Shown: piece after piece, positions 1 through 12,872 of the stretch
Layout of the letters: every line of letters starts with the position of its first letter
Numbering within the stretch: the first letter of the stretch is position 1
Assembly (NCBI RefSeq): GCF_001194135.2
Contig: NC_068994.1
Coordinates: 24,488,557 to 24,552,556, forward strand
From: Octopus bimaculoides
Lineage: Eukaryota
DNA length: 64,000 nt
Direction of reading: 5' to 3'
Program-made: the position numbers and the translations under genes
Notes under the pieces: generated by a model
What the model saw: the letters and a program-made list of their open reading frames with translations, nothing else
Told to the model about the DNA's origin: nothing
The model's database searches: none

Positions 1-219
1 CAATTAGACGGATGAAATTTACGTACGCTTAATAATGTTACGCAAAACAGCCTTCAGACTTTCCCTATTAATTTCATCGTCTTTTGAATTATGAACATAT
101 TTACATCATAAGGGTTTTTTCGTTGTAAGGCTTTCTTTTTTAGTTGATTTTCACCTAGCAAGACTTATCGTAGATGGCGTAATAAGTCACACCCGGACAA
201 GGTCGGGTTATACTGTTAG
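1..219 (+). mobile_element. 3' end of a non-autonomous Helitron-like element (runs off window start)
   Basis: Hairpin ACCCG(G)AC-aag-GTCGGGT at 191-208, then TATACTGTTAG-T (a CTAG variant). Immediately followed by TATATAATAAACGTGAAGTTGTGTGTCTG, which resembles a Helitron 5' start. Confidence 0.45.
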
Positions 220-2235
220 TATATAATAAACGTGAAGTTGTGTGTCTGTGTGAAGCCTTTTTAAAAGTTTATACAAATCTACATTTTCCACTTTTTCATA
301 AAAATTTTTACATCAATGGAATTTTCTCAATGTGAACTTTCCAGTGCTGTAATTAGATTTTTTAAATTCCGTTTACTTTGTGTGATTTAAGGGAGATTTG
401 GCTGTTGTTTCTAGCAACTTTTATATTTCTTCCCTTCTACCCGTAACGGCGTTCTTACACACACGCTCAACATAAAGATATAGAGAGTAAGAGTAAAAGA
501 GGGAGAGAGAGAGAAAGTGATACATACAACGTCATAGATTAAACTTTCATCTCAGTATTGTTTACCTATTTTTCATAACATAGATACGTAAAAACACACA
601 CAACCACACAAACGTGACCTGTGACAACAACATACACATTACTCTTGATCTCTATTCATTTCTCCCCCTCGTCCTCTCTTGCTCTCTCAAGCGCATACAC
701 GTGCAAGTAAACACAATCATTCACAAAAATATAACTCATGTTCGTCAATTTGGCCTAACTACAGAGTTGTATCCCCCAACTTTGGAAGGTCATAACTTTC
801 ATAAAAATGAATATTTTTTAATGCAATTTTATGTGCATATATTATTTATTATGTAGATTCCGAATATACAATGCATATATTTTTTTTTGAAGGGAGATGA
901 AAGTAAGAAGGAGCAATGAAATCAAAAGAATATAGTTGTGGAGTCCCATCGTATTGATCATTGTTGAAAGTAACGTTGATGTTATGTTATATTGAAAGTA
1001 ATGTTTAAGTTCATGTTATCTAGAAGTGCTGGATGTCCTAATTTGGATTCAAAAGATAGAAAGTATTTTGATAACATATAATGGTATAATTAACTTGTAT
1101 AATTTGTAGTATGCAAATAAATAAATAAATAAATAGATAAGTTGTACCAGTTATATAAAGTTGGAGGAGTTACTTATATGAAGTAAATGTATGTCTTTGC
1201 CAATGTTTACATCTATATGCTCTTTCAATAATTGTGTTAACCAGTTTATTCTTCGAGAACAAAATGAAGAACAGTTCCATATTACATAATGGGCAAAATT
1301 CCTTACCTTTATCATATGGTATTGATGTAGAGAGAATTAACCAGTCTAGATTAAATTGCTTATTGTTACCCTTAAGTTCCCAAATTAACTTACTAAGTCA
1401 CGTGCTGTTGCGTTTAATAAGAAAAATGATAATAATAATTACTACAACATTATTTTTTCGGAAGTTAATAACAACAGAATTAGTTTTTTAAGTGAAAATG
1501 CAAAATCCAAGAACACTGTATATCACTGCAAAGTCACCACCTCTACCGATGTATTTTTTTACATAGGTTGCTCCTCTTTGCAGAATCTCAAACCATTATT
1601 CTACATTTAGGGATAGAAATAAATGTATCGTGTGTGTATATATATGTCAATACTACAAGTATAAATACACGATTATTTCCCTTTTACATTTCCATTACAC
1701 AGAAAATACTTTTCTTTCGACTTTAATCTGGTTTAAAAATTATTCTATCTACTTTCCACTCCAGATTCTAATTTTCTCTTTTTTCCTCCTTTTCTTCCTT
1801 CCTCGTTCAACGTACTGTCTCGTAGCGTTGCATTTTCCAACGGTTTTTTCAAATAAGCTATGTAGCATTCTTCTCTACTCGCAGTTGTCACATTCGGTAA
1901 TAATGTCTTACAGTTGAGTTGATTTTTATGCATTTCCCTGAAGAGAAGATAACATCTTTCTCAACATCATTCATTCCTTTGGAATGAACCAATTGTAATC
2001 TTCGAAACATATGTCGGAAATAAAAGAAATCATTTAATACATGCATATAACTCCATTTATTTAAACTTATACACACACACACACACACACACAGAAAAGA
2101 TAGATTGATAGATGCAACTGAATGGACAAACAAAAATATGAGACACTGCCTAGTGTTTTTTTTTATTTTGATAAGCTTGGTACTTATTCTATCAGTTTCT
2201 TCTTGTCAAACCAGTAAGTTATGGGGGTGTAAATA

Positions 2236-4025
2236 AACAAACAGCCTTTGAGAGTGTAGTGGGTGCTTTTTATGTGCCACCGGCACAAGGGCCAGTCAGG
2301 TAGCACTGGCATTGACCATACTCGAATGGTGTTTTTTATGTGCCACCGACATGGGAGCCAGTCAGGCGGCACTGGCAACGGCATGCTCAAATGGTGCTTT
2401 TTACATGCAACTGGCACAGGAGCCAGTCCAGTGGGACTGACATTGACCACACTCGAATGGTGCTTTTTACGTGCCAGTCAGGCAGTACTGGCATCAGCCA
2501 TGATAATAATTTCACTTGACTCAACATGTCTTCTCAAGCACAGCATATTACCCAATGATTGAATGGTACTTTTAAATGGGCTGGTTATGCAACATTGGCA
2601 TAGGCCATGGCTAAGGTCTCACTTGGCTTGCTGGGTCATCTTAAGCACAGCATATCTCCAAAGGTCTCAGACGCTTGTCATTGCCTCTATGAGTCCCAAG
2701 ATTTGCAGGTTGCGCTTCATTACCTCATCCCAGGTCTTCCTGGGTCTACCTCTTCCACAGGTTCCCCCCACTGTTAGGGTATGACACTTTTTCACACAGC
2801 TGTCCTCATCCATATGTAACACATGACCATACCAGCACAGTTGTCTCTCTTGCATGCCACATCTGATGCTTCTTATGTCCAACTTTTCTCTCAGGGCACT
2901 TATACTCTGTCATGTATGCACACTGACATTACACATCCACTGGAGCATACTAGCTTCATTTCTTGCAAGCTTGCGTATGTCCTCAGCAGTCACAGCCCAT
3001 GTTTCACTGCTGTGTAACATGACTCTTCACGCACATGCATCATACAGTTTACCTTTCACTCTGAGCAAGAGGCCCTTTGTTACCAGCAGAGGTAGGAGCT
3101 CTCTGAACTTTGTCCAGGCTATTCTTATTCTAGCAGCTATGCTTTCAGAACATCCACCCTCACTACTGACTTGGTCACTTAGGTGACAGAAGCTATCAAC
3201 TACTTATAGTTTTTTCCCCTGGCGTGTGATGGAAGCTGTTTTCTGCATGTTTTCAGTGTTTATTGCCCCTGTGCATCTGCCACACACAAAAACTATCTTC
3301 CCAGTTAGCCTTCCTTTGATATTGCTGCACCTCTTATGTGTCCATAGCTTACACCGGGTACATCTTATGGAGTTTCTACCTATGCCTTTTCTACAGATCG
3401 AGCAGGGCCATCTACCTGAAGGGATTTGTGATTTGTCTGCCTTCCTACTTACTAAGACTTCAGTTTTTGCTAGATTGACTCTAAGGCCCTTCGATTCTAG
3501 ACCTTGCTTCCACACCTGAAACTTCTCTAGTTCTGAATGTGACTTAGCTATTAGAGCAAGGTCATCAGCACAGAGGAGTTCCCAGGGGCATTCTGTCTTG
3601 AATTCTTCTGTTATTGCCTGGAAAACTATGATGAATAAGAGGGGACTGAAGACTGATCCTTGGTGGACCCCTACCCCCACCCGGAATTCTTCACTATACT
3701 CGTTGCCAACCCTCACCTTACTGACAGCATCCCTGTACATGGCTTTTACAACTCTCACCAACCAGTTTCCACATTGACCACCAGATAAGGGATCAGGGGA
3801 CCCTGTCAAAAGCTTTCTCTATCTCAACGAAATCCAGGTACAGAGGTTTGTCTTTGGTTAGGTATTTCTCCTACAGCTGTTTTACCAGAAATATAGCATC
3901 AGTGGTGCTTCTCCCTGACATAAACCCAAACTCCATCTCGTCTAAACTAACTCTCTCCCTAATTAGTTGGGCTATGATTCTCCATGACTTTCTTCACCTG
4001 ATCCAACAATTTGATACCTCTGTAA
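2236..4025 (-). mobile_element. RTE-X-like non-LTR retrotransposon, 5'-truncated and decayed
   Basis: ORF 3204-3809(-) has RT motifs GVHQGSVFSPLLF, ELLCADDLAL and VNLAKT, followed by an inserted C-x2-C...C-x2-C...H-x2-C...C-x2-C finger. C-terminal WYGHV...RGRPRKTW lies in ORF 2667-2882. The 3'UTR carries ~60-bp tandem repeats (2240-2500). Confidence 0.85.
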
Positions 4026-4402
4026 TTATTCATATATAATGTGTCACCTTTACCTTTGTAGCAGTTGACTATAGTGCTGCTGAAATTATGTGCACTGAAA
4101 ACCCTGTAAATGTGCTACGCTCCTATTTTGATGAATTTGAAGTCACTGCTTAAACACACATTTTCTTATTTTTTGTAACTATTAATACCCCATTATGCGT
4201 ATTGATATTGTTAGCCAGAGAAGAGAAGCAGCCAGACTTCATCAACAGGAGAGGCAAAAAAGATTGAGCAGTGACCAACGAGAAGCTGTAAGAAACATAA
4301 ATGCTGCACAACAGAGAGAAGTGCAGGCTAACTTGAGCTAAGCACAACGCTCCAAAATTTTACTACAGGACTCTCAACAACATAGAGTAGCAAGAGAACA
4401 TA

Positions 4403-5592
4403 CAGGGGTTGGACAAAATAATGGAAACACCTTAAAATTTCAAACAAATTTATTTTAATATTGGGTAGGACCGCCTTTAGCAGTAATTACAGCTTGAATT
4501 CTACAAAGTATGGACTTGTCCAAAGGAATTTTTGTCCATTCTTCAGCTAAAACAGTCTCCAGTTCTTGTAGTGGTGATGGTGGAGGATATTGACTCTTTA
4601 CTTATTTTTCTAAAATGCACCATAAATGTTCAATAATATTGAGATCTGGGGACTGTGGTGGTTGGATAAGATGTTCAACTTCAATTGAATGTTCCTCATG
4701 CCATTCAGTAACAACTTTAGCTGTATGAATTGGTGCATTATCATCCTGAAAGATTCCGTTTCCCTCCGGAAACAGTTTTGCAACCATAGGATGAATTTGA
4801 TCAGATAAAATACTTAAATAGTCCTGACTATTAATTCTGCCATGAAGGGAAACCATTGGGCCAGTAGATTTCCAAGATATAGCCCCACCAAATCATCACA
4901 GATCCTCCTCCATGTTTAACAGTTGGAATAAGGCACTCTGGGTCAAATGCTTCTTTTGGCTGTCTCTACACGTATAGTCAGCCAGTGGTTGGAAATAAGG
5001 TAAAGGATGACTCATCCAGGAAGATAACATTCTTCCACTGCTCTAGGGACCAATTCTGTAGGTTTTTACTCCACTCTAAACGCCTTGCAAATGTTTGTTT
5101 TTGAAAGGAGTGGTTTTCTGATTGCAGCCCTCCCATGAAATCCGGTTTTGTGCATCTCCCAGAAAACAGCTTTTGTGGAAACTGGGTTCTCGAGGTGGTC
5201 ATTAAGCTCTGCGGTAATTTTGGGAGCTGTATTTTTGTGATCCTTTCTAACAATTCGCATTAGAGTCCGATGGTCCCTATCTGAAAGTTTTGGTTTTCTT
5301 CCTTTCTTGATACACCAAACATTTCAGCTCTTTTTATCATGCTAGTGCCTGCCATACAAGCACCAACAATTTGACCTCTTTGAAAGTCTGATAGATCTGT
5401 CATTTTAATGAATTTTAATTACCTTTTCCTGATGATATCTGAAAAGAAACAGCAATTTTAGCAAAACATATTAAGCAACACTAATGATAAATCAAAAAAC
5501 ATTAAAATAAACAAGCTTTTCATGATTTTATAGATATTTCAAAATTATGATCCTGTGATGCTAGGTGTTTCCATTATTTTGTCCAACTCCTG
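4403..5592 (-). mobile_element. Tc1-family DNA transposon, DD36E spacing (Incomer-like), frameshifted transposase
   Basis: 29-bp TIRs CAGG(G/A)GTTGGACAAAATAATGGAAACACC and TA duplications at 4401-02 and 5593-94; length 1190 bp. Transposase starts at ATG 5403 (MTDLSDFQRGQIVG) with motifs VIFLDES, FQDDNAPIH and SPDLNIIE; 36 residues separate the 2nd D and the E. Confidence 0.92.
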
Positions 5593-5689
5593 TATATCAC
5601 AGGAAAGAAGAGAAGAAATTCTGCATCAAGATGCTCAACAACATTGCACAACTCAAGAGAATTTATCACAGGAAAGAAGAAGAGAATTT

Positions 5690-6174
5690 CTATCAGTGGT
5701 CTACCTCCGCATGAGAATAAATTAAAAATTGAAGCACCAATAATGTTACTGAGAAATCTTGCTCACAAAAATGGTCATTGTAATGGCACAAGGTATAAAA
5801 TTGTAACTTCAAAAAAATTGACTGCACTTGATGTGGGACAAATTGTTCTGATTCCTCGGATCAGTTTAATGCCTTCTGATTCTGACTTACCCTTCACATT
5901 ACAAAGACGCCAATTTCTATTAAGACTGGCTTTTGCAATTTCCATAAACAAAAGCCAAGAACAGAGTCTGTCAAAATGTAGCATTTATTTACCAAATCCA
6001 GTTTTCACTCACGGTCAATTATACATTACTATAAGCAGGGTTGGAGACCCAGACAAGATAAGAATTTATGCTGACCAAAATGAGTTCCTCAATTACAATC
6101 CAAATTCAAGACATCGGGACCATCATGCTATACAAAAACTAACTAGAAATGTTGTATATACTGAAGTTGTCTAA
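5690..6174 (+). pseudogene. Pif1-family helicase C-terminal fragment (Helitron RepHel remnant)
   Basis: ORF 5644-6174 contains PIMLLRNL...CNGTR, LIPRISLMPSDSDLPFTLQRRQF.LRLAFAISINKSQ.QSL and FTHGQLYITISRV (SF1B motifs V/VI region). Confidence 0.85.
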
Positions 6175-6545
6175 TTGTAAAAACCTCCCTGTATATACAT
6201 CTTATATATTAAGAATAAATTGTACATGTTCAGTGTATAAATATTGTAATATTTATTTGATATATGGAGATTTTCGGATTAATTATTCAAAACAAACAGT
6301 TTAAAGATTAGTTTCAATAAGTGCACATTCTATTTCCATTTTATTTTCAAGTGTGACTGCTGCTTGGGATCAAGAGAGTGTAGTATCAGAGCCAGGTATG
6401 CATTAGCAATTTTTGCACTGGTTGCGAACACACTTAATTGTTCTTGAGCAACTGCTGATTATTATTTATATTTATTATTTAATTTTTGTCATGGATTTAT
6501 CCTGTGTGCATAAAATTTTTAATAAATTTGTATAATACATATATA

Positions 6546-7347
6546 CCATAAATCCTCGAGTATAGTCCGCCCTTGAGTATAATACGCAGGGGATTTTTAG
6601 GGGGCTGTACCTCTGAAAAATTTAAACCTTGTGTATAATACACACCCCTTCTCTAACTTGAGTCAAGGAGGTCTATATATCGTCCTTGGTTTGTAAATAT
6701 ATATATACAGTAACGTCCTTTATCATTATTGTATATATAACATAATGCAAACATGTAGCTTTATTGTGCACTTTGTTTGCAGAAAATAAAGAAATAACAG
6801 TAATAACGTCAGTGAAAAATAAATATTAAGTAAATTGCCTTTACATATTTATCACTATCAGTTACAAAAGCAAAAGCAAAAACATTTATTCAAATCCTTC
6901 AAATTCAACGTCACTTTCAGCATCAAATAACTGTTCCATTCGTTCCTCCGTAAACATGCCAGCATCATTGTAATGTAAATCTCCGTCATCGTCAGATTCA
7001 TAGTCAACATTAGAAGATTCACTTTCATTTATTTCATCTTTCCATACAACATCATCCTGAGTACCATCCAGTTCAGACAATATACAACACTTTTATTTTA
7101 ATAAATGTGGCTTACTGCAAGTTATGGATGATTCTTTTATGACTTCATTGCTTTCAGGCTTAGCTTAAGGTATTTTCATGCCTGACATCACAAAATGTGT
7201 TTGAATAAACATTACCGGACAGCAAATAGAAACTTGGACATTGCTTAGAAAATATTTTTCATTTTTAACCTCGTATATAGTACGCACTAGGGATTTTGAC
7301 CTTTAAATTTGGGGAAAAACATGCGGATTATACTCGAGGATTTACGG
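6546..7347 (-). mobile_element. pogo-like non-autonomous DNA transposon (internally deleted)
   Basis: 25-bp TIRs CC(A/G)TAAATCCTCGAGTATA(G/A)TCCGC; TA on the left (6544-45) and CA (mutated TA) on the right. Retains the transposase tail KKCCILSELDGTQDDVVW and the acidic end ESDVEFEGFE typical of pogo transposases. Confidence 0.8.
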
Positions 7348-7936
7348 CATATAGATTTATGTAAATACATGTAAAACTGGTTATTGATACTTTCAATTAC
7401 TTTTGGGTATACATGAGAAAAAATAGGACATTAAACTAAACATTGTTTAATGGGTGCCCTAGTAATAATAATAATGGGATAGAATTGGACATTTGCATTC
7501 TTAACAGTATTTGGTCAGCCAAGCTGTGACAAGTGTTATGCTTTGACTTAACATTTCATATCCCAACTCCTTGTTATAAAAATATCTAAATTAAAACCTC
7601 CCTTCAAAATGTTTCAATACATGTTCCAAATTCCACATTAATAATGACAAACTTATTTTACAGAATTCTTCATTATTTTCAAAATCAAGTGAAACAAAGG
7701 CAGTGTATTTCGACATAAATATGGTAACAAAAAGATTAAGAAAGCTCTTATTTGACACTGAAAAACTCATAACATTTTAGAAAAACATCTATTTTAACAT
7801 GTATATCCAAGATTATATTTTAACTTGCAAATGTTAGTGTTAATTTTGTGAAAATGAGAGACTTTTATCTGATAAAATATTCTATACTTTGTGCTTTTAA
7901 AATACATACTTAATGATATATTTGTATTTCTTTCAG

Positions 7937-8153
7937 ATTCCTTATTGTGATTACATGCTGTGTTGCTAGTCACACTGAATGAATGCAAATATACAATAAA
8001 TTATAAAGGCAACATAACAGATTTTCCTTAAATATTATTTTAATTTAAAATAAAATCTTAGAAATGCAGTACAAAATATGATGTCAAAAAGAAGTTAAGC
8101 TTTAATGGTGTCAATAGAATAGAAAATTTTTGTGACTTTTATTTTACAAATCA
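7937..8153 (+). other. Putative 5'UTR part of the first coding exon
   Basis: Strong acceptor TTTGTATTTCTTTCAG|A at 7921-7937. An in-frame TGA at 8133 supports 8154 as the start codon. Transcript support is lacking. Confidence 0.35.
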
Positions 8154-8787
8154 ATGTCTCCTGCTAAAAGTAAAGGGCAAGGTCGGAAATCCAAAATGAA
8201 ACTGAAACAACATAGTCAGTATTACCCTCAGAATCAACTATATGTTGATTCTCATGTCTATAAAAGAACTTCTAAAAAACAAAAATCATCTGAATTTCAT
8301 GATGAATGTATGGACCCTGCAACCTTAGAAGCTCATGTTGAAGCAGCCACAGCTGCTGCATCAGCTGCAGTTGCAGCAGAAATGGCTAATTCTAATCATT
8401 CAAATTTAAAGTCAAATGTGTATTCATCTTCAAAAACAGATACATCACCATCAAGATTACTTACATCTGAAGTTCCAATATTGCCTGATGACTATCAAAT
8501 GCAATCTTCTCCTAAAGGTGTAGATATTGGGCAAGTGAAGCAAGAGGACTTACAGTTGTTTCTTGAGTCTATTCCAGACTTTCATCATGCTAATATTGTC
8601 AGAGGTGGTCGTTGTGTTAAATCAGGTTTTGTTCATGTTGTCAAAGGTGAAAATTACTTAAGAGATATATTTTATAACACAGCAACAACTCCACAACGAA
8701 ACATAATTGTTGTAAGAGAAACTCTTTATTGTAGTGGGCGTGGAAACTGTTTGCGTGCCTGTGGAGGTAGAGGACATTGTGTAGAAG
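8154..8787 (+). CDS. Coding exon 1 of an uncharacterised Cys/His-domain + coiled-coil protein (aa 1-211)
   Basis: 634-nt open frame with non-repetitive composition, a basic N-terminus, an Ala tract and CSGRGNCLRACGGRGHCVE. Ends at strong donor GAAG|GTAAGT (phase 1). Confidence 0.88.
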
Positions 8788-9333
8788 GTAAGTTATATTT
8801 CATTGTTAAGCAATAAATGTTGTATCTAATTGCTTCAGTTTACCCTGTTCAATCTCTACCAAATTTGTTAAACCATTAAATATAGAAGCATCTCTTACTC
8901 CATTGTTAATTATAGCAAACAGTTACCATTAAATTGTATTTTCATAGCTATGTTGATGACATAGTTGTATTTGCCATACAGTAATGTTGTAAACTTGATA
9001 AAACTATATAACTTACTCTTTTTGCTTTATATAATAAATTGTGTTTTTTTAATTAAAAAACATACAATTTTTAATTATATAATCAGTTTATAATCAAATG
9101 TTATTGAATGACTTGATTAATATTCAAAAGGACCTTGAAACAATTGTAATTCATGTTTACTGCATTTCAGGAAGCAGATCATAATTTTGTTAAAAAACAA
9201 GGTTTAATTGTAACAAAATAAGTATCAAGGGAATTAATTTCAGCTTGTTTGAGATAAGATGGTAATCAGTGCAATAAACCAACAAATTACCTATCCATTT
9301 TCTGTTAAATTAGTTCTGATCTCTGCTCCCCAC

Positions 9334-9401
<68 letters not shown>

Positions 9402-9584
9402 NNNNNNNNNNNNNNNNNNNNNNNNNNNNNNNNNNNNNNNNNNNNNNNNNNNNNNNNNNNNNNNNNNNNNNNNNNNNNNNNNNNNNNNNNNNNNNNNNNN
9501 NNNNNNNNNNNNNNNNNNNNNNNNNNNNNNNNNNNNNNNNNNNNNNNNNNNNNNNNNNNNNNNNNNNNNNNNNNNNNNNNNNNN
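9334..9584. repeat. (CT)n-(TA)n microsatellite running into assembly gap (N 9402-9584)
   Basis: Direct reading. Confidence 0.95.
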
Positions 9585-9910
9585 TACAGCTGGATGCCCT
9601 TCCTAACGCCAACCACTCAGAGAGTGTAGTGGGTGCTTTTACGTGTCACCCGCACGAAAACAGCCACGCTCGAAATGGTGTCTTTTATGTGCCACCCGCA
9701 CAAGCCAGTCCAGGGGCACTGGCAACGATCTCGCTCGAAAATCCTACGGGAGCCAGTCAGGCGGTACTGGCAACGGCCACGCTCAAAATGGTGCATCTCA
9801 TGTGCCACCCGCACAAGAACCAGTCCAGGGGCACTGGCAACGATCTTACTTGGCTTGCCGGGTCTTCTCACGCACAGCACATTACCAAAGGTCTCGGTCA
9901 GTAGTCATCG
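9585..9910 (-). mobile_element. RTE-X-like LINE 3'UTR fragment
   Basis: Same sequence and orientation as 2236-2650 (GAGAGTGTAGTGGGTGC..., tandem repeats, CTTGGCTTGCCGGGTC). Confidence 0.8.
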
Positions 9911-12872
9911 CCTATATTTATATATATATATAAATGAAGTAGTGCAGACTTTGTGTCTTGCTGAGAGTGTAGTCTAGTTTCAGAAATGAAATACAAATTC
10001 ATAACACTTCAGTCTTACACATTATCGCATGAAAACTATGATAATATACTTAAGTATATGCTTAAGTAATTCATGTCTTGAATCTATGTTTACAAAATGC
10101 ATCTCTGCTTCAGAATACAAGTTTGGTTAAATGTAAACTACTGGAATGGGGTTAGCTGATAGTTATATTTTGTATCTTGTATTTAAATCAAAATCTAAAA
10201 AGTTAGTTAAAAGCTTTTGGTGGGAATAATACAGATCAAGGTTTAATAATGACTAGAAAATCTGTTGCTGACTTTCCCTGTTAGTTTAAATATGAAAGTT
10301 ATCATTATCATTGATATCCTAATATGTGCTTTCATGTTCATTTTGTTTGCATAGATCTGCAGTACAGCATATCACTTACTAATACAGACTTTTGTTACCT
10401 GCTCTCTGAAGTCCAGCATCTTAGGATCTGACCACACCTCTTTCCCTGTTTTACTCAGTCATCCTATTCTTCAAATATGCTCCATCCACAGCACTTTTTG
10501 ACTCAGTATTTATTACCAATTCACCTCACATGTCCATACAACCACAATCATCTTTCCCCATGTTGATGTATTTAATATCTAATTGTTCTCTCAAATACTT
10601 GTGCTCTGCCTTTCAGGCAAGATGACATTGCATTTTGTTGTGAGCAAAGTCACTTTCCAGGTGACAGTGGGTTTTTCTGTTCTCAGTTACTAATAAGTAC
10701 TTTGATATTTGCTTTGCTAACTTTTAGCTCTTTAGCATTCAAATTACTCTACCAAATGTAAAGCTTATTTACTCATATTGCTTTGAATTGAGCATAGCTT
10801 TGAGATTTCAATGGTGTTATCTATTTTTAGGGTGACATTGTAGGGTAGGTGTGAGAGACTAGACTTGGCCAGTTTGAACTTAAAACAAGGGGTATATTTG
10901 GGCCAGATATGGCCAGTTTAAATGCTAAAGGGTTAAGTTTAACTAGTCATGACCAAGGTTACTGAGCTAGGTTCCTGAATGTTCATCTAGATCAAATTTA
11001 TGTTAAAGGGTTACTTTGTTGACAAAAGCAAAATGTTAAAAATTTCTATTATTTAGAAAAAAAAGTTAAATTATTTAACCCCTTGCACATAAAATTCTAG
11101 GATCTGTAATATCTCATCTAAATAATGCAAATATGCTACACAAATATTATATGACCTCCTATAAGGAAAGAGGTAAACAAATAGATCTAAATAAATAACT
11201 GAAAATATAATTTATTAGTGATAGCCTTTACAAATTACTTAGCTGATTTCACTACATTAGACTCCCTACAATTTGAAATTAACAAGATAAAAATGATTTG
11301 ATAATATGAATGTATTAGAAATTGTTTTTGAAATAACTCTGTTTGAGATTTCTTGAGATAAACTTGTTTTGAATGATATCAGAAAGTTTGATATAAAACT
11401 ATTTTGACCTCTTGTTTGGTAGGTATTTCCCTTAGTTTTAACAAAATATGCCTACATCTTATTTGAACATCGATATCTTTTTATCTTAAGTGTCCTTTAT
11501 CAGTTTAATTTGTATTGCAGTTGATGAATCATTATTTACAGGTTTCCAGTAGGACAGTCATTGATCCACTGCATTTCCAATGGCAACATAAACAAGGAAT
11601 GTTTAACTTGTAAAACAAATGTTACACGAGACTTTGCTCAGAGTCCAATTCATTTTATTTTGTTCTGTTGCTCATGTTTACTTCCTTTGCTGAGACAAAT
11701 TGACAAAAGATATCATCATCACCTGACATCAATATTCCATGCTTGTATGGGTTGGATGATTTGGCAGAATCCAACGGATCAGAGAACCATCTTTTGTCTT
11801 AGTTTTTAGTTGGTATCTTACTATGGAAATTTGCTTGTGAGCAAATTTTGTCTTTCTTTGCAAAGTATAAGTAACCTATCTTCAATTTAAAAAAATTCAA
11901 TTTCATCTCAAAAACTCTGTATGCGCAATTTTTCCACTCTGTACTAGTTGTAAAACGTGCATGCACACAAGCACATGGCTTAGAGGGAATATTGGTGATG
12001 AGGTGTGAGAATGTATCCTCAAGGTAGAAGATGATTAGAAGAGAGAATGGGGACCGAAAGACAGAGCAGGCAAAGATTGCAAAAGTGTTAGGGGAAAGTG
12101 GGAAATGGTTAGAAATAAGGGTGGAATAAATGTAGTGAATGGTGAACAAGGGCAATAAATGGTAAATATAAGTAAGGGTTGAGTGAGAAAACTGAAGGAT
12201 GTCAACAGAAGTGGTTCAGGGAAGTGGGGTGCTGGCTGGCAATACAGTAAGAGTAATAAGCTGCAGATTAATACAGTAGTTGGGGGAACGGTGAATGGAT
12301 GGGTGATGTGGAGATGAGGCTAAGTAAAAGTTGCAAGAATGTAAGGAAAAGTGAGAGACAAATAGAGATAGGTGTGACAATGGTCAGAGGTATATAAAGG
12401 CCCAAAGTGCCACACAGTGGGACTGAACCATGTCGTGGAGAAGGAAACTTCTTACCATACAGCCATGCCTGAAACAAACTTCAGTGTAGTTATACATAAT
12501 GTTTAATTTGTGGTATCAAAATAAGACTGTTCATGATGAACAAAAATGCATTCAGTAGTAAATGCTACATGAAATAAGCAAATGTAATATTCAAGAACAA
12601 AAATGTGTAATAAGTGAACAATCTGAAGTTTGGGTCAAGAATAGCATATCCATGTATCAACAGGATATATGGACACTCATGCATATAATAATGTATATAT
12701 AGACTTGCCTTACCACTTATATATGCATGCACATAAACAGATCAATATACTCATCAATATAACTGTACATGTATATGTAAAATCACATACAGACATACTC
12801 TGGTATGTGGTTTCACGGTCCTCTTTAAATTCTAAATCCAATGTAGGAAAGGTTCCAAGTATGGTGTAAAAT

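Larger units (their letters stand above)
4030..7462 (+). mobile_element. Internally deleted Helitron carrying two nested DNA transposons
   Basis: Charged Rep N-terminal-type repeats (DSQQHRVAREH / SQERREEILHQDAQQH) continue across the Tc1 insertion and are fused to a Pif1 C-terminus. The 3' hairpin CATTAAAC(7429-7436)/GTTTAATG(7445-7452) is followed by CTAG 7459-7462 and T. The 5' boundary is approximate. Confidence 0.75.

Noticed and set aside
8730-8787. CSGRGxC read as an EGF-like (integrin/teneurin-type) module
   Set aside because: It lacks the downstream C-x-C and G-x-x-C pattern, and the protein has no signal peptide or TM segment and has NLS-like basic tracts.
9171-9190. Acceptor TGCATTTCAG|GAAGC just after exon 1
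   Set aside because: Phase 1 gives a stop after 4 codons; no further support.
11542-11809. Candidate exon after ATTATTTACAG (ORF 11561-11809)
   Set aside because: In phase 1 (needed after exon 1) it reads GGT TTC CAG TAG. The open frame needs phase 2, runs into repeat-derived sequence, and has no clear donor.
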